The notes under the pieces are model-generated. The model saw nothing but the letters and a program-made list of their open reading frames with translations, made no database searches and was not told the DNA's origin. From Phycisphaeraceae bacterium (lineage in GTDB: Bacteria > Planctomycetota > Phycisphaerae > Phycisphaerales > Phycisphaeraceae): 64,000 nucleotides of DNA. The DNA is taken from NCBI GenBank assembly GCA_963674705.1, contig OY771506.1, positions 4,384,001 to 4,448,000 of the forward strand. Reading direction: 5' to 3'. The stretch's first letter is position 1, and each line of letters begins with the position of its first letter. A program made the translations under genes and the position numbers. Shown here piece by piece: positions 10,563-19,559 of this stretch.

Positions 10563-11868
10563 TGCTACCGGTCGCGTTCTCGTTTATGACGATCGCGATA
10601 CGCTCTGGCCCAAGATCACCGCATTGCTTTGCGGGATGAAGATTCCGATCATCGAGGTCCAGGCCGCGCGTAGCGAAGACCCGATCGTGGAGATCATTCA
10701 GGAAGCGATTGACGAAGACGAACCGTTTTCCGCGGTTTTCTGGTCGGCCGGCGCCGGTCTTGACCGGCTGTCGAAGGTTTCCGCCCTGTGGGATGTAGAC
10801 CCAAGACTAAGTGTCGTATTGTGTACCGGATCAGGTGATTACCGCTGGCAGGAACTGGCGGATGCCATGGATCAGTCGGGGCCATGGTATGTGCTGGAAG
10901 GCACACCGCGCGAAGCCGAAGTCTGCCAGCTTGTCCTGAACGCTGTCAGCCATCATTTTGCGTTGCATTCGCCTGAATTCCAGCAGTTGCGCCTGGACCT
11001 TGAACGCGCCAACATCAATACGAGCATGCTTGAGATATGCAACGGCGCGCTGCACAACATCGGCAACGTACTCAACAGTGTAAGTGTCTCGGCAGGCCTG
11101 GTGTGTGACAGCATCGGCAAATCAAAAACCATCAGCCTTCAGAAAGCCTCGGATCTGATCGAACAACACCAGCACGATCTTAGTGACTTCATCACGAATG
11201 ATGAACACGGCAAGCATCTGCCTAAGTTCCTGATCGATGTCAGCAAGGTCATCGGCCAGGAAAATCAGTTCCTGCAACACGAACTCTCGGGCATCACTCG
11301 ACATCTGGAACACATCAAGCAGATCATCGGCACGCAGCAATCGTATGCCGGTCAGATTGAGATCATCGAAGAGGTCGAACTGACGGAGTTGCTGGAGGAT
11401 GCACTTAAGATCAACATCGCCGGGCTCGAGAGCCAGGGCGTGCAAGTCATCCGTGAGTTTGATGATGTGCCCCGCAGCATGGCGTGTCGGAACAAGGTGT
11501 TACAGATCCTGGTTAATCTCATCAGCAACGCGAAAGCGGCTCTGCGCGGCAGCGGCGATGAGCAGAAACTGTGGCTGCGTCTTCATCTGTCTAAAGACAA
11601 TGCGGACTATGCGTGCGTGCAGGTGATCGACAACGGTGTTGGTATCACTGCTGACAATCTGAAGCGGATATTCGATCACGGTTTCACGACGCGTTCGACG
11701 GGTCATGGCTTTGGATTGAACTCGGCAATCCGCGCGGCGAGGGAAATGAAAGGCAGGCTCTGGGCGGAAAGTGACGGCCTGGACCAAGGCGCCACCTTTA
11801 CGCTTGAACTGCCGCTAGCTCATCACCAGCTTCAGCAACCCAACAACACGCGACGCAATTCAGCCTAA
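10546..11868 (+). CDS. Soluble histidine kinase with degenerate N-terminal receiver domain
   Basis: Start ATG 10546 with GAGGAGG RBS, overlapping the upstream gene end. H-box GALHNIGNVLN and HATPase boxes present. The receiver-like region lacks the phospho-acceptor Asp. Confidence 0.85.
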   Translation: MSIPCDATGRVLVYDDRDTLWPKITALLCGMKIPIIEVQAARSEDPIVEIIQEAIDEDEPFSAVFWSAGAGLDRLSKVSALWDVDPRLSVVLCTGSGDYRWQELADAMDQSGPWYVLEGTPREAEVCQLVLNAVSHHFALHSPEFQQLRLDLERANINTSMLEICNGALHNIGNVLNSVSVSAGLVCDSIGKSKTISLQKASDLIEQHQHDLSDFITNDEHGKHLPKFLIDVSKVIGQENQFLQHELSGITRHLEHIKQIIGTQQSYAGQIEIIEEVELTELLEDALKINIAGLESQGVQVIREFDDVPRSMACRNKVLQILVNLISNAKAALRGSGDEQKLWLRLHLSKDNADYACVQVIDNGVGITADNLKRIFDHGFTTRSTGHGFGLNSAIRAAREMKGRLWAESDGLDQGATFTLELPLAHHQLQQPNNTRRNSA

Positions 11869-11900
11869 ACAGCGTGTGATATCCGCACCAACAAAACCTG

Positions 11901-12056
11901 ATTTATTGTCATTCCGTGCCACACCGGTGTCACATCTCATTTTTATTGCATTTATATCTTAATTATTATCAGATATTTATGCTGCTTTTATTGCACCATA
12001 CCTTTTGCAGGTATTTCGTTACACCCGCCTCCTTCACTTCTGATACATTTTGTATC
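11901..12056 (+). promoter_or_regulatory. AT-rich ara promoter region with repeated motifs
   Basis: TTTTATTGCA at 11941 and 11986, variant ATTTATTGTCA at 11901, palindrome ACACCGGTGT at 11921, and GATACA-TTT-TGTATC at 12042. Confidence 0.35.
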
Positions 12057-12136
12057 TTGAGAGCCGCTTGTTGGGATTATACGAGCCGGCTCGGAATCCA
12101 TATAAATCCGCCTTACCGCATGGAGGAACCGCAATC

Positions 12137-13834
12137 GTGGCCAAGAAACAGACCCCCGCCTACAGCATCGGAGTGGACTACGGCACTAACAGCGTCCGGG
12201 CGTTAATCGTCGATACCGCCAATGGCCGGGAAGTCGCTTCACATGTGTATGAGTACCCTTCCGGTGATGCGGGAATCCTGCTGGACCCGAAAGACCCGAA
12301 CGTCGCGCGGCAGAATCCGGCAGACTATATAGATGGCTTCATTACCTCCGTTAAGAAGGCGGTGCTGAAGGCGAAGAAGGTGCGCGGCTTCAAGCCGGAG
12401 TACGTGATCGGCATCGGCGTGGATACGACCGGTTCGACGCCGATCCCGGTTGACCGCGACGGGATACCGCTCGCGCTTCAAGCCAAATTCAAGAAAGAGC
12501 TGGCGGCACATGCGTGGCTATGGAAAGACCACACCTCGCACGCGGAAGCGGCGGAGATCACGAAGAAGGCTTCAAAGTACAAAGTGAAGTACCTGGCCAA
12601 GTGTGGCGGGACGTATTCCAGCGAGTGGTACTGGTCGAAGATCCTGCACTGCAAGCGTACCGCACCGAAGGTATTCAAAGCGGCGTATTCGTGGGTTGAA
12701 TTGGCTGACTTTATCCCCGGCTACATTACGGGTAATACAGACCCGGACACGATGCCACGCGGCATCTGTGCGGCGGGTCACAAAGCGATGTATCACGAGG
12801 ACTGGGGCGGCTTACCGAGTAAGGACTTCCTCAAGAGTCTTGACCCGGCGCTCGTGCCTTTGCGTGATCGGTATACAGACAAGGCTGTACCGAGTGATGA
12901 AAAGGCGGGCGATCTGACGGCTGAGATCGCGAAGAAGGTTGGCTTGCCGGCCGGGATCGCGGTTGCGGTGGGCGCGTTTGATGCACACCACGGCGGCGTC
13001 GGTTCGGGAATCAAAGCCGGCACACTTGTGAAGATCATCGGCACCAGCACGTGCGACATGATGGTCGCCCCGATGGATAAGAAACTACCGGATATTCCCG
13101 GGCTTTGCGGGATCGTGCCGGGCTCGGTCGTGCCGGGAATGTACGGCCTGGAAGCCGGGCAGTCGGCGGTGGGCGATATCTTCAACTGGTTCGTGAAGCG
13201 ACTTACCCCCGAAAGCTACGGCAAAGGTGGTGAAGCACACGTGAACCTGACTAATGAAGCGGCGAAACTTGCACCGGGTGCATCCGGCCTGATTGCGCTG
13301 GACTGGAATAACGGCAACCGCACGATCCTGGTCGACCCCCTGCTGTCGGGCCTGCTGATCGGCCAGACGCTGCACACCACTGCGGCGGAAGTCTACCGGA
13401 CGCTGGTCGAATCCACCGCGTTCGGCGCACTGACGATCATCAACCGGTTTGAAGAATACGGCGTGAAGGTCAAGGAAGTCGTCAATTGCGGCGGGATCAG
13501 CGAAAAGAACGCGATGGTCATGCAGATCTATGCGGACATCTGCAACCGCCCGATGAAGATCAGCCGATCGTCACAGACCTGTGCGCTGGGCGCGGCAATC
13601 TTCGGCGCGATCGTCGGCGGCAAGTACAAGAATGTCCTCGCGGCACAGAAGAAGATGACCGGGACCAAGCCGAATGTGTTCCGACCGATCAAGAAGAACG
13701 TCGAGGTGTACGCGAAGTTGTACAAGCTCTACAAGCAGCTACACGATGGCTTTGGCAACACAGGCAGCAAAGGCTCGATGGATAAAGTGATGAAAGAACT
13801 TATCGCGATCCGTGAAAAGGCGAGGAAAGGATAA
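12137..13834 (+). CDS. araB: L-ribulokinase
   Basis: IGVDYGTNSVR, GVDTTGSTP, WKDHT, YSSEWYWSK, AAGHKA and LDWNNGNR motifs. GTG start at 12137 with GGAGG. Confidence 0.95.
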   Translation: MAKKQTPAYSIGVDYGTNSVRALIVDTANGREVASHVYEYPSGDAGILLDPKDPNVARQNPADYIDGFITSVKKAVLKAKKVRGFKPEYVIGIGVDTTGSTPIPVDRDGIPLALQAKFKKELAAHAWLWKDHTSHAEAAEITKKASKYKVKYLAKCGGTYSSEWYWSKILHCKRTAPKVFKAAYSWVELADFIPGYITGNTDPDTMPRGICAAGHKAMYHEDWGGLPSKDFLKSLDPALVPLRDRYTDKAVPSDEKAGDLTAEIAKKVGLPAGIAVAVGAFDAHHGGVGSGIKAGTLVKIIGTSTCDMMVAPMDKKLPDIPGLCGIVPGSVVPGMYGLEAGQSAVGDIFNWFVKRLTPESYGKGGEAHVNLTNEAAKLAPGASGLIALDWNNGNRTILVDPLLSGLLIGQTLHTTAAEVYRTLVESTAFGALTIINRFEEYGVKVKEVVNCGGISEKNAMVMQIYADICNRPMKISRSSQTCALGAAIFGAIVGGKYKNVLAAQKKMTGTKPNVFRPIKKNVEVYAKLYKLYKQLHDGFGNTGSKGSMDKVMKELIAIREKARKG

Positions 13835-13837
13835 ATC

Positions 13838-14533
13838 GTGCTCGAAGACCTGAAGGCAGAAGTCTGCCAGGCGAATAAAGACCTTGTGACCCACGGGCTG
13901 GTGATCCTGACATGGGGCAATGTCAGCGGGTTTGATGCGGACAAGGGTTTGGTCGCGATTAAACCGAGCGGCGTGGCGTATGACAAGCTCAAGCCGGACG
14001 ATATCGTGATTGTCGACCTGGATGGCAAAGTGGTTGAGGGCGATCTCAATCCGTCATCCGATACAGCGACGCACGTGTTGCTGTACAAGCACTTCGAAGA
14101 CATTGGCGGCGTGACGCATACACACAGCCTGTATGCGACGATGTTCGCGCAGGCGCGCGTCGAGATCGCCTGCATGGGCACGACGCATGCGGACCACTTC
14201 AATGGTCCGGTTCCCGTGACTCGGCCGTTGACCGAAAAGGAAGTCGAAGAAGCTTACGAGCACAACACGGGATTGGTAATTGTTGAGCGGTTCAAGGGCA
14301 TGAAACCAATTGAAATGCCAGCCGTGCTGGTCGCAGGACACGCTCCGTTTACCTGGGGCAAGAACGCTGCTGATTCGGTGAAGAATTCGATCGCGCTTGA
14401 AGCGGTCGCGCATATGAATCTCGGTGCATCCACCTTAAGCATCAGCGAGCCTAAGCTTGAAGATTATGTGCTAAGGAAACATCACGAACGCAAACACGGC
14501 CCGAACGCGTACTACGGGCAGAAGAAGAAGTAA
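13838..14533 (+). CDS. araD: L-ribulose-5-phosphate 4-epimerase
   Basis: TWGNVS, IKPSGV, PSSDT, HTHS, GTTHADHF and C-terminal RKHG.NAYYGQ. Confidence 0.96.
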   Translation: MLEDLKAEVCQANKDLVTHGLVILTWGNVSGFDADKGLVAIKPSGVAYDKLKPDDIVIVDLDGKVVEGDLNPSSDTATHVLLYKHFEDIGGVTHTHSLYATMFAQARVEIACMGTTHADHFNGPVPVTRPLTEKEVEEAYEHNTGLVIVERFKGMKPIEMPAVLVAGHAPFTWGKNAADSVKNSIALEAVAHMNLGASTLSISEPKLEDYVLRKHHERKHGPNAYYGQKKK

Positions 14534-14544
14534 GACAGAATTCG

Positions 14545-14650
14545 GCCGCAAATAAACGCGAATCAACGCAAATATTTTGGATATCAAACAAGGACTGATT
14601 ACCTCACGTCCTTTATCCTAAATTCGCGTTTATTAGCGTTCATTTGCGGC
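14545..14650. repeat. Decamer-built long inverted repeat element (REP/MITE-like), copy 1
   Basis: GCCGCAAATAAACGCGAATCAACGCAAAT (14545-14573) pairs with 14622-14650: 29 bp, 4 mismatches. Confidence 0.75.
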
Positions 14651-14684
14651 TAAAAGTATTAAACATCAACACACGGATACCATC

Positions 14685-16184
14685 ATGATCGATTTTTCAA
14701 AATATGAAGTCTGGTTCGTCACAGGCAGTCAGCATCTTTATGGCCCGGAAACGCTCAAGCAGGTTGATGCTGACTCGGCCCAGATCGCCAAGGCGCTGGA
14801 TGCGTCTAGTGAATTACCGATCAAGGTGGTGTTCATGCCCGTGCTGACGACGCCGGATGAGATCACCAGGCTTTGCACGGAGGCGAACGCATCGGAAAAC
14901 TGCATCGGGCTGATCACGTGGATGCACACGTTCAGCCCGGCGAAGATGTGGATCAACGGGTTGCGTCGGCTGACCAAGCCGTTCTGCCACTTGCACACGC
15001 AGTTCAACAGGGATATCCCCTGGCAGACGATCGACATGGACTTCATGAACCTGAACCAGTCTGCCCACGGCGGACGTGAGTTCGGCTTCATCTGCTCACG
15101 CCTGCGTCGCAACCGCAAGGTCGTGGTCGGTCACTGGCAGAACCCGGAGGTGCAAAAGAAGCTCGGTGTCTGGCAGCGTGCGGCGGTAGCGTGGGCGGAT
15201 TCCAAATCGATGAAAGTTGCACGCATCGGCGACAACATGCGCCAGGTCGCGGTCACCGAGGGCGACAAGGTCGAAGCCGAGATCAAGTTCGGTTACGCGG
15301 TAAACGGCTACGGCATCGGCGATGTGGTCGCACACCTCAATGATGTGACCGATGCACAGGTCGAGCAGCTCTGCAAGACGTATGAAGATGAGTACGTCTT
15401 AGCGGACAACCTGAAGGCCGACGGCACGAAGCGCCAATCGCTACTGGATGCGGCGAGGATCGAGCTGGGTTTGCGTTCGTTTCTGACGGAAGGCGGCTTC
15501 TCTGCATACACGGATACCTTCGAAAACCTGCACGGCATGAAGCAGCTGCCGGGTATCGCGTCGCAGCGGCTCATGGCCGCTGGCTACGGTTTCGGTGCCG
15601 AGGGTGACTGGAAGCACGCCGCACTGGTCCGCACAATGAAGGTGATGGCGCATGGCCTGAAAGGCGGCACCAGCTTCATGGAAGACTACACCTACCACTT
15701 CGAGCCCGGTGGCAACAAGGTGCTCGGTTCGCACATGCTGGAGATCTGCCCATCGATCGCGGGCGGCAAGGTGAGTTGCGAAGTGCATCCGCTGGGTATC
15801 GGTGGCAAGGAAGACCCGGTGCGGTTGAAGTTCGATAGCGCTGCTGGGCCGGCGATCAACGCGACGGTCGTCGATATGGGTAACCGATTCCGTATGGTTG
15901 TGAATACGGTCGATGCAAGTGCGCCTGATCAGGCGATGCCGAACCTGCCGGTCGCCGCGGCGATGTGGACCCCCCACCCAGACCTGGCGATCGGTGCGGC
16001 CGCGTGGATCCACGCCGGCGGCGCACACCATACCGGCTTCAGCCTGTCGCTGACGACCGAACACATGGAAGACTTTGCCGAGATGGCGGACGTTGAATTC
16101 CTCGTGATCGACAAGAACACCGACCTGCGCAGCTTCAAGAACGAGATCCGCTGGAATGATGCTGCGTACAACGCGGTGAAGTAA
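14685..16184 (+). CDS. araA: L-arabinose isomerase
   Basis: [50 protein letters not shown] and GGAHH motifs. Confidence 0.97.
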   Translation: MIDFSKYEVWFVTGSQHLYGPETLKQVDADSAQIAKALDASSELPIKVVFMPVLTTPDEITRLCTEANASENCIGLITWMHTFSPAKMWINGLRRLTKPFCHLHTQFNRDIPWQTIDMDFMNLNQSAHGGREFGFICSRLRRNRKVVVGHWQNPEVQKKLGVWQRAAVAWADSKSMKVARIGDNMRQVAVTEGDKVEAEIKFGYAVNGYGIGDVVAHLNDVTDAQVEQLCKTYEDEYVLADNLKADGTKRQSLLDAARIELGLRSFLTEGGFSAYTDTFENLHGMKQLPGIASQRLMAAGYGFGAEGDWKHAALVRTMKVMAHGLKGGTSFMEDYTYHFEPGGNKVLGSHMLEICPSIAGGKVSCEVHPLGIGGKEDPVRLKFDSAAGPAINATVVDMGNRFRMVVNTVDASAPDQAMPNLPVAAAMWTPHPDLAIGAAAWIHAGGAHHTGFSLSLTTEHMEDFAEMADVEFLVIDKNTDLRSFKNEIRWNDAAYNAVK

Positions 16185-16190
16185 GTCGAG

Positions 16191-17279
16191 GTGAATGTGA
16201 GTACGAAAAGCGAAGCATCCAAAGCGACACAATGTGCCGCCTTGCTGATGGGCCCGAAGGATATTCAGTCGGGACAGGTGCCTGTGCCGGCTGCGCCCGG
16301 TAAGGGTGAAGCATTGATCCGTGTGACGCAGGTCGGTGTGTGTGGGTCGGACTTGCACACGTTTATCGACGGGCGGATCGGCGACACCGTGCCGGAGGGG
16401 CCGTTCGTATTGGGGCATGAGTTTGCGGCAGTTGTGGAAGCGGTTGGTGACGATACTCATGATGGATTCGGCAATGCGCTACAGGTCGGCCAGCGTGTTG
16501 CGGTCGAGCCGGCGCAGCCTTGCGGCAAATGTGAGTTATGCTTGACGGGTCATCCGAATCTGTGTCCGGATCACAAGTTCTGCGGTGTCTGGCCGACACC
16601 CGGCGCGCTGCAGGCGAAGATGGTCGTGCCGGGTGATACGTGTTTCCCCGTGCCGGACTGTATCGATGATGAGCAGGCGGCGCTGCTTGAGCCGATGGGC
16701 GTCGGGCTGCATGCGATCGATTTGGCGCATATCCACGTCGGGTACAGCGTCGCGGTCGTAGGCTCGGGAACGATCGGGCTCTGCTGTGCACAGGTTGCGA
16801 AGCTCGCAGGCGCGTCGCCGCTATTCGTGACGGATCGCTTGGCGCATCGGTTGAAGGTTGCGGAAAGCTATGGTGCAACGGCTGTCGACATCGAACTGTG
16901 TGATCCGGTGGAAGCGGTGATGCAGGCAACGAATGGCCGGGGCGTGGATGTTGCGATCGAGGCGGCCTGGTCGAGTAAAGACTCGGTCATGCAGGCGGTC
17001 GATATGCTCAGGCCCGGCGGACGGTTGGTGGTTGTCGGGATATCGGGTGATGACAAGCTGGAGTTCCAGCACTCGACGGTCCGCCGTAAGGGTGTGACGA
17101 TCGCGATGTGCCGGCGGATGAAACATACCTACCCGCGTGCGATTGAACTGGTCAGCACGGGTAAGTACACATTCGACGGGCTAGTCACACATCGTTACAA
17201 GTTAGATGAGACGACACAGGCCTTCGCCACCGCGGCCGACTATGACTCCGGTGGGGTGAAGGTGATGATTCAGGTCTAA
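16191..17279 (+). CDS. Zn-dependent medium-chain polyol/alcohol dehydrogenase
   Basis: GVCGSD, LGHE, structural-Zn CGKCELC...C and GSGTIG Rossmann motif; co-transcribed with araA. Confidence 0.88.
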   Translation: MNVSTKSEASKATQCAALLMGPKDIQSGQVPVPAAPGKGEALIRVTQVGVCGSDLHTFIDGRIGDTVPEGPFVLGHEFAAVVEAVGDDTHDGFGNALQVGQRVAVEPAQPCGKCELCLTGHPNLCPDHKFCGVWPTPGALQAKMVVPGDTCFPVPDCIDDEQAALLEPMGVGLHAIDLAHIHVGYSVAVVGSGTIGLCCAQVAKLAGASPLFVTDRLAHRLKVAESYGATAVDIELCDPVEAVMQATNGRGVDVAIEAAWSSKDSVMQAVDMLRPGGRLVVVGISGDDKLEFQHSTVRRKGVTIAMCRRMKHTYPRAIELVSTGKYTFDGLVTHRYKLDETTQAFATAADYDSGGVKVMIQV

Positions 17280-17288
17280 GGCTTTGTT

Positions 17289-17383
17289 TTAGCCACAGAT
17301 TAACACGGATTAACACGGATAAAGGCATTATTGTTTCAGATATGAGCAAGCATCCGTGTTGATCGGTGTTTATCTGTGGCTAA
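17289..17383. repeat. Decamer-built long inverted repeat element, copy 2 (between convergent genes)
   Basis: TTAGCCACAGATTAACACGGATTAACACGGAT (17289-17320) pairs with 17352-17383: 32 bp, 3 mismatches. Confidence 0.75.
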
Positions 17384-17406
17384 CTTTCTTCATGTAATAA
17401 CGCTAT

Positions 17407-19512
17407 CTATCGTGAATGAATCTTTGCTACCGAGGTGAACGGAGGGCGGCCGTGTTCGTTGAATGGCTCGGCGCGGTAGTAGACCGCATTATCCTGCGGT
17501 GCTGAATTGTCGATGTATTGTGTCTGATTGGCGGGCAGTTCTGCAATGCAATCGGCGGTGCCTTTAGACCCATCAATGTATCGGTATATGCGCCAGCCAG
17601 TCGCGTTCTCGACATTCGTCCAACTGATTTTCACTTTGCCTGCGCTTTCGGCTTGTGCGTGAATCGCTTTGGGGGGCAGTGGGGTTTGCGGGGTTTGTTC
17701 CAGGCCGGAGGTCAGCCAGGCGAGGTTGATTCGCTCGAAGAGCATGCGCTGGTAACGTTTTGTGTCGCCCCATGAATAAAGCAGACCGATCGTGTGGTCG
17801 TCGAGTACGGTGAGACAGGAGTAGGCAGACCATCGCGGGTGTAGATGACGCTCGAAAGCCCAACTGAAACCTTCATCGTATGAGAGACGAATGGTCATGT
17901 TGATCCGACCTTCAGCGCCGTAGGGATAAATGTTGGCGGGATTGGATAAGATCAGACGGTCGCGGTCCTGTTGGTCGGCGCGTGTGTACCGGAGGATGCT
18001 TGCCTGACAGCCGCCGCTGTAGCCGACGGCTTGGCCGCCGGGGGAGATGAGTTGCGGCTGTTGCGTGACAGGCGACCATGTATCGCCAAGGTCGTTGCTA
18101 TATGACTGACACAAGAGCATTTTTCGGCTGCCGACGCGTCGCATGTTAAGCATAAGCCGGTCGTCGGATAATTCGACGACTTGCGCTTCGCTGACTCGGT
18201 CTCCTGCTTCGCCGCCGAGTTGCCAGGTTTGACCGTGATCGTCGCTGTAGAAGACAAGTGAACGCGAAGACCTGCCGTTATCGCTGCCTTCGTTGCGTGT
18301 GGCGGGGATGACGATTCGGCCGTCGGTTGTTTGAATGCCGACACCCGGGCCGGTGGCGAACCATAACCACTGTGGTTTGGTAACCGCGTCTGTGATTTCA
18401 ACAGGCTTGGACCATGTGACGCCGTGATCGTCGCTATACATCGTCCAGACGGTTCGTCTGCTTTCGGCCTTGCCTGCTTGAAGCACAGTCTGTGTGTCTT
18501 TTTCCAGGCTGTGACACGCGATCATCCAGACGCGACCGGTGTCGCGGTCGACGACAGGGGTTGGATTGCCGCAGGTGTTCGTACCATCGTCCCAGACAAC
18601 TTGCAGCGAGCCCCAGGTTTTGCCGCCATCGGTGCTGCGGCGCATAACAAGGTCGATATTGCCATAGTCAGCACCGGAATTCAGCCTGCCTTCTGAAAAC
18701 GCGAGGACCGATCCGTCTGTCGCGGTAACAACAGCAGGGATTCGGAAGTATGCGTAACCAAGATCACCGCCGAAGTCGCCGCTGATAAAAGGCACAGAAA
18801 CGGTCGGCGGATTCAGTTCGATCATCGATGCGACTTGTTCGGGCGTGAGTGCGTAGTCGTAGACCTTGACCTCATCGAGCAGACCATTGAAGTGGCGGAC
18901 GGGGTGGGCGTCTGTTCCGTCGTGGCCTAATCGCAACGGCTGAGATCTGACGACATCGCCCGGTAGAGAACCTAGTTGCTTACCATCGACATACAGGTAT
19001 ACGGTATCGCTATCACGCACAGCGACAAGGTGATGCCAACCCAGGTCAAACGGGAAGTCGAACGCTTTTTGCGATTCATTGATTCGGATATATATCTGGT
19101 CCTTATCGCCGCGGACGGCACTGATGGAAAAGTCCTCCGCGTCGCCGACCGCGATCATGTTTCGCAGCATGCTGTTGCCGCCGGGCGCTTGGGGGAATCG
19201 ACGGAACCAGTAGGCGATCGACCAGGTCTTGCCGGTGAAGAGTGCTTCTGAGTTGTCGATCACCACGACATCGTCAACGCCGTCCAGTGATAGTGCTCGC
19301 CCCTGATAGCCTGCGTCAACGACGGTAGCGCCGAACAATTGCCCATCATGCTTGTGTCGCATAGCGTCGAGGACATGTGTGTTATCTTCACAACGCTCAA
19401 AAGGCCAGTAGGCGACGGGTGGTTTGTTGATTGCTAGAGCTAAAGTGATATTTGCAGCACATAATAGTGACACAAGAGCAACACAGATTGCCATAATACT
19501 TCTAACGGTCAT
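17407..19512 (-). CDS. Secreted GH33 sialidase with N-terminal LamG and C-terminal FN3-like domains
   Basis: LamG (WHHLVAV, FNGLLDEVKVYDYALT), FRIP, several SxDxGxTW Asp-boxes and SAYS nucleophile Tyr. Confidence 0.9.
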   Translation of the reverse strand: MTVRSIMAICVALVSLLCAANITLALAINKPPVAYWPFERCEDNTHVLDAMRHKHDGQLFGATVVDAGYQGRALSLDGVDDVVVIDNSEALFTGKTWSIAYWFRRFPQAPGGNSMLRNMIAVGDAEDFSISAVRGDKDQIYIRINESQKAFDFPFDLGWHHLVAVRDSDTVYLYVDGKQLGSLPGDVVRSQPLRLGHDGTDAHPVRHFNGLLDEVKVYDYALTPEQVASMIELNPPTVSVPFISGDFGGDLGYAYFRIPAVVTATDGSVLAFSEGRLNSGADYGNIDLVMRRSTDGGKTWGSLQVVWDDGTNTCGNPTPVVDRDTGRVWMIACHSLEKDTQTVLQAGKAESRRTVWTMYSDDHGVTWSKPVEITDAVTKPQWLWFATGPGVGIQTTDGRIVIPATRNEGSDNGRSSRSLVFYSDDHGQTWQLGGEAGDRVSEAQVVELSDDRLMLNMRRVGSRKMLLCQSYSNDLGDTWSPVTQQPQLISPGGQAVGYSGGCQASILRYTRADQQDRDRLILSNPANIYPYGAEGRINMTIRLSYDEGFSWAFERHLHPRWSAYSCLTVLDDHTIGLLYSWGDTKRYQRMLFERINLAWLTSGLEQTPQTPLPPKAIHAQAESAGKVKISWTNVENATGWRIYRYIDGSKGTADCIAELPANQTQYIDNSAPQDNAVYYRAEPFNEHGRPPFTSVAKIHSR

Positions 19513-19559
19513 GCCGGCGACTCCTTAACGCTCATTCATATTCATGCAATGAAGTGTAT

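Noticed and set aside
15441..16460. 339-aa antisense ORF over araA and the dehydrogenase
   Set aside because: Shadow ORF of GC-rich coding sequence with no recognisable motifs. The same applies to the many short overlapping ORFs in the track.
17289..17383. Short tandem repeats as a CRISPR array
   Set aside because: The units are contiguous 10-mers in inverted arms without unique spacers, and no cas genes are present.
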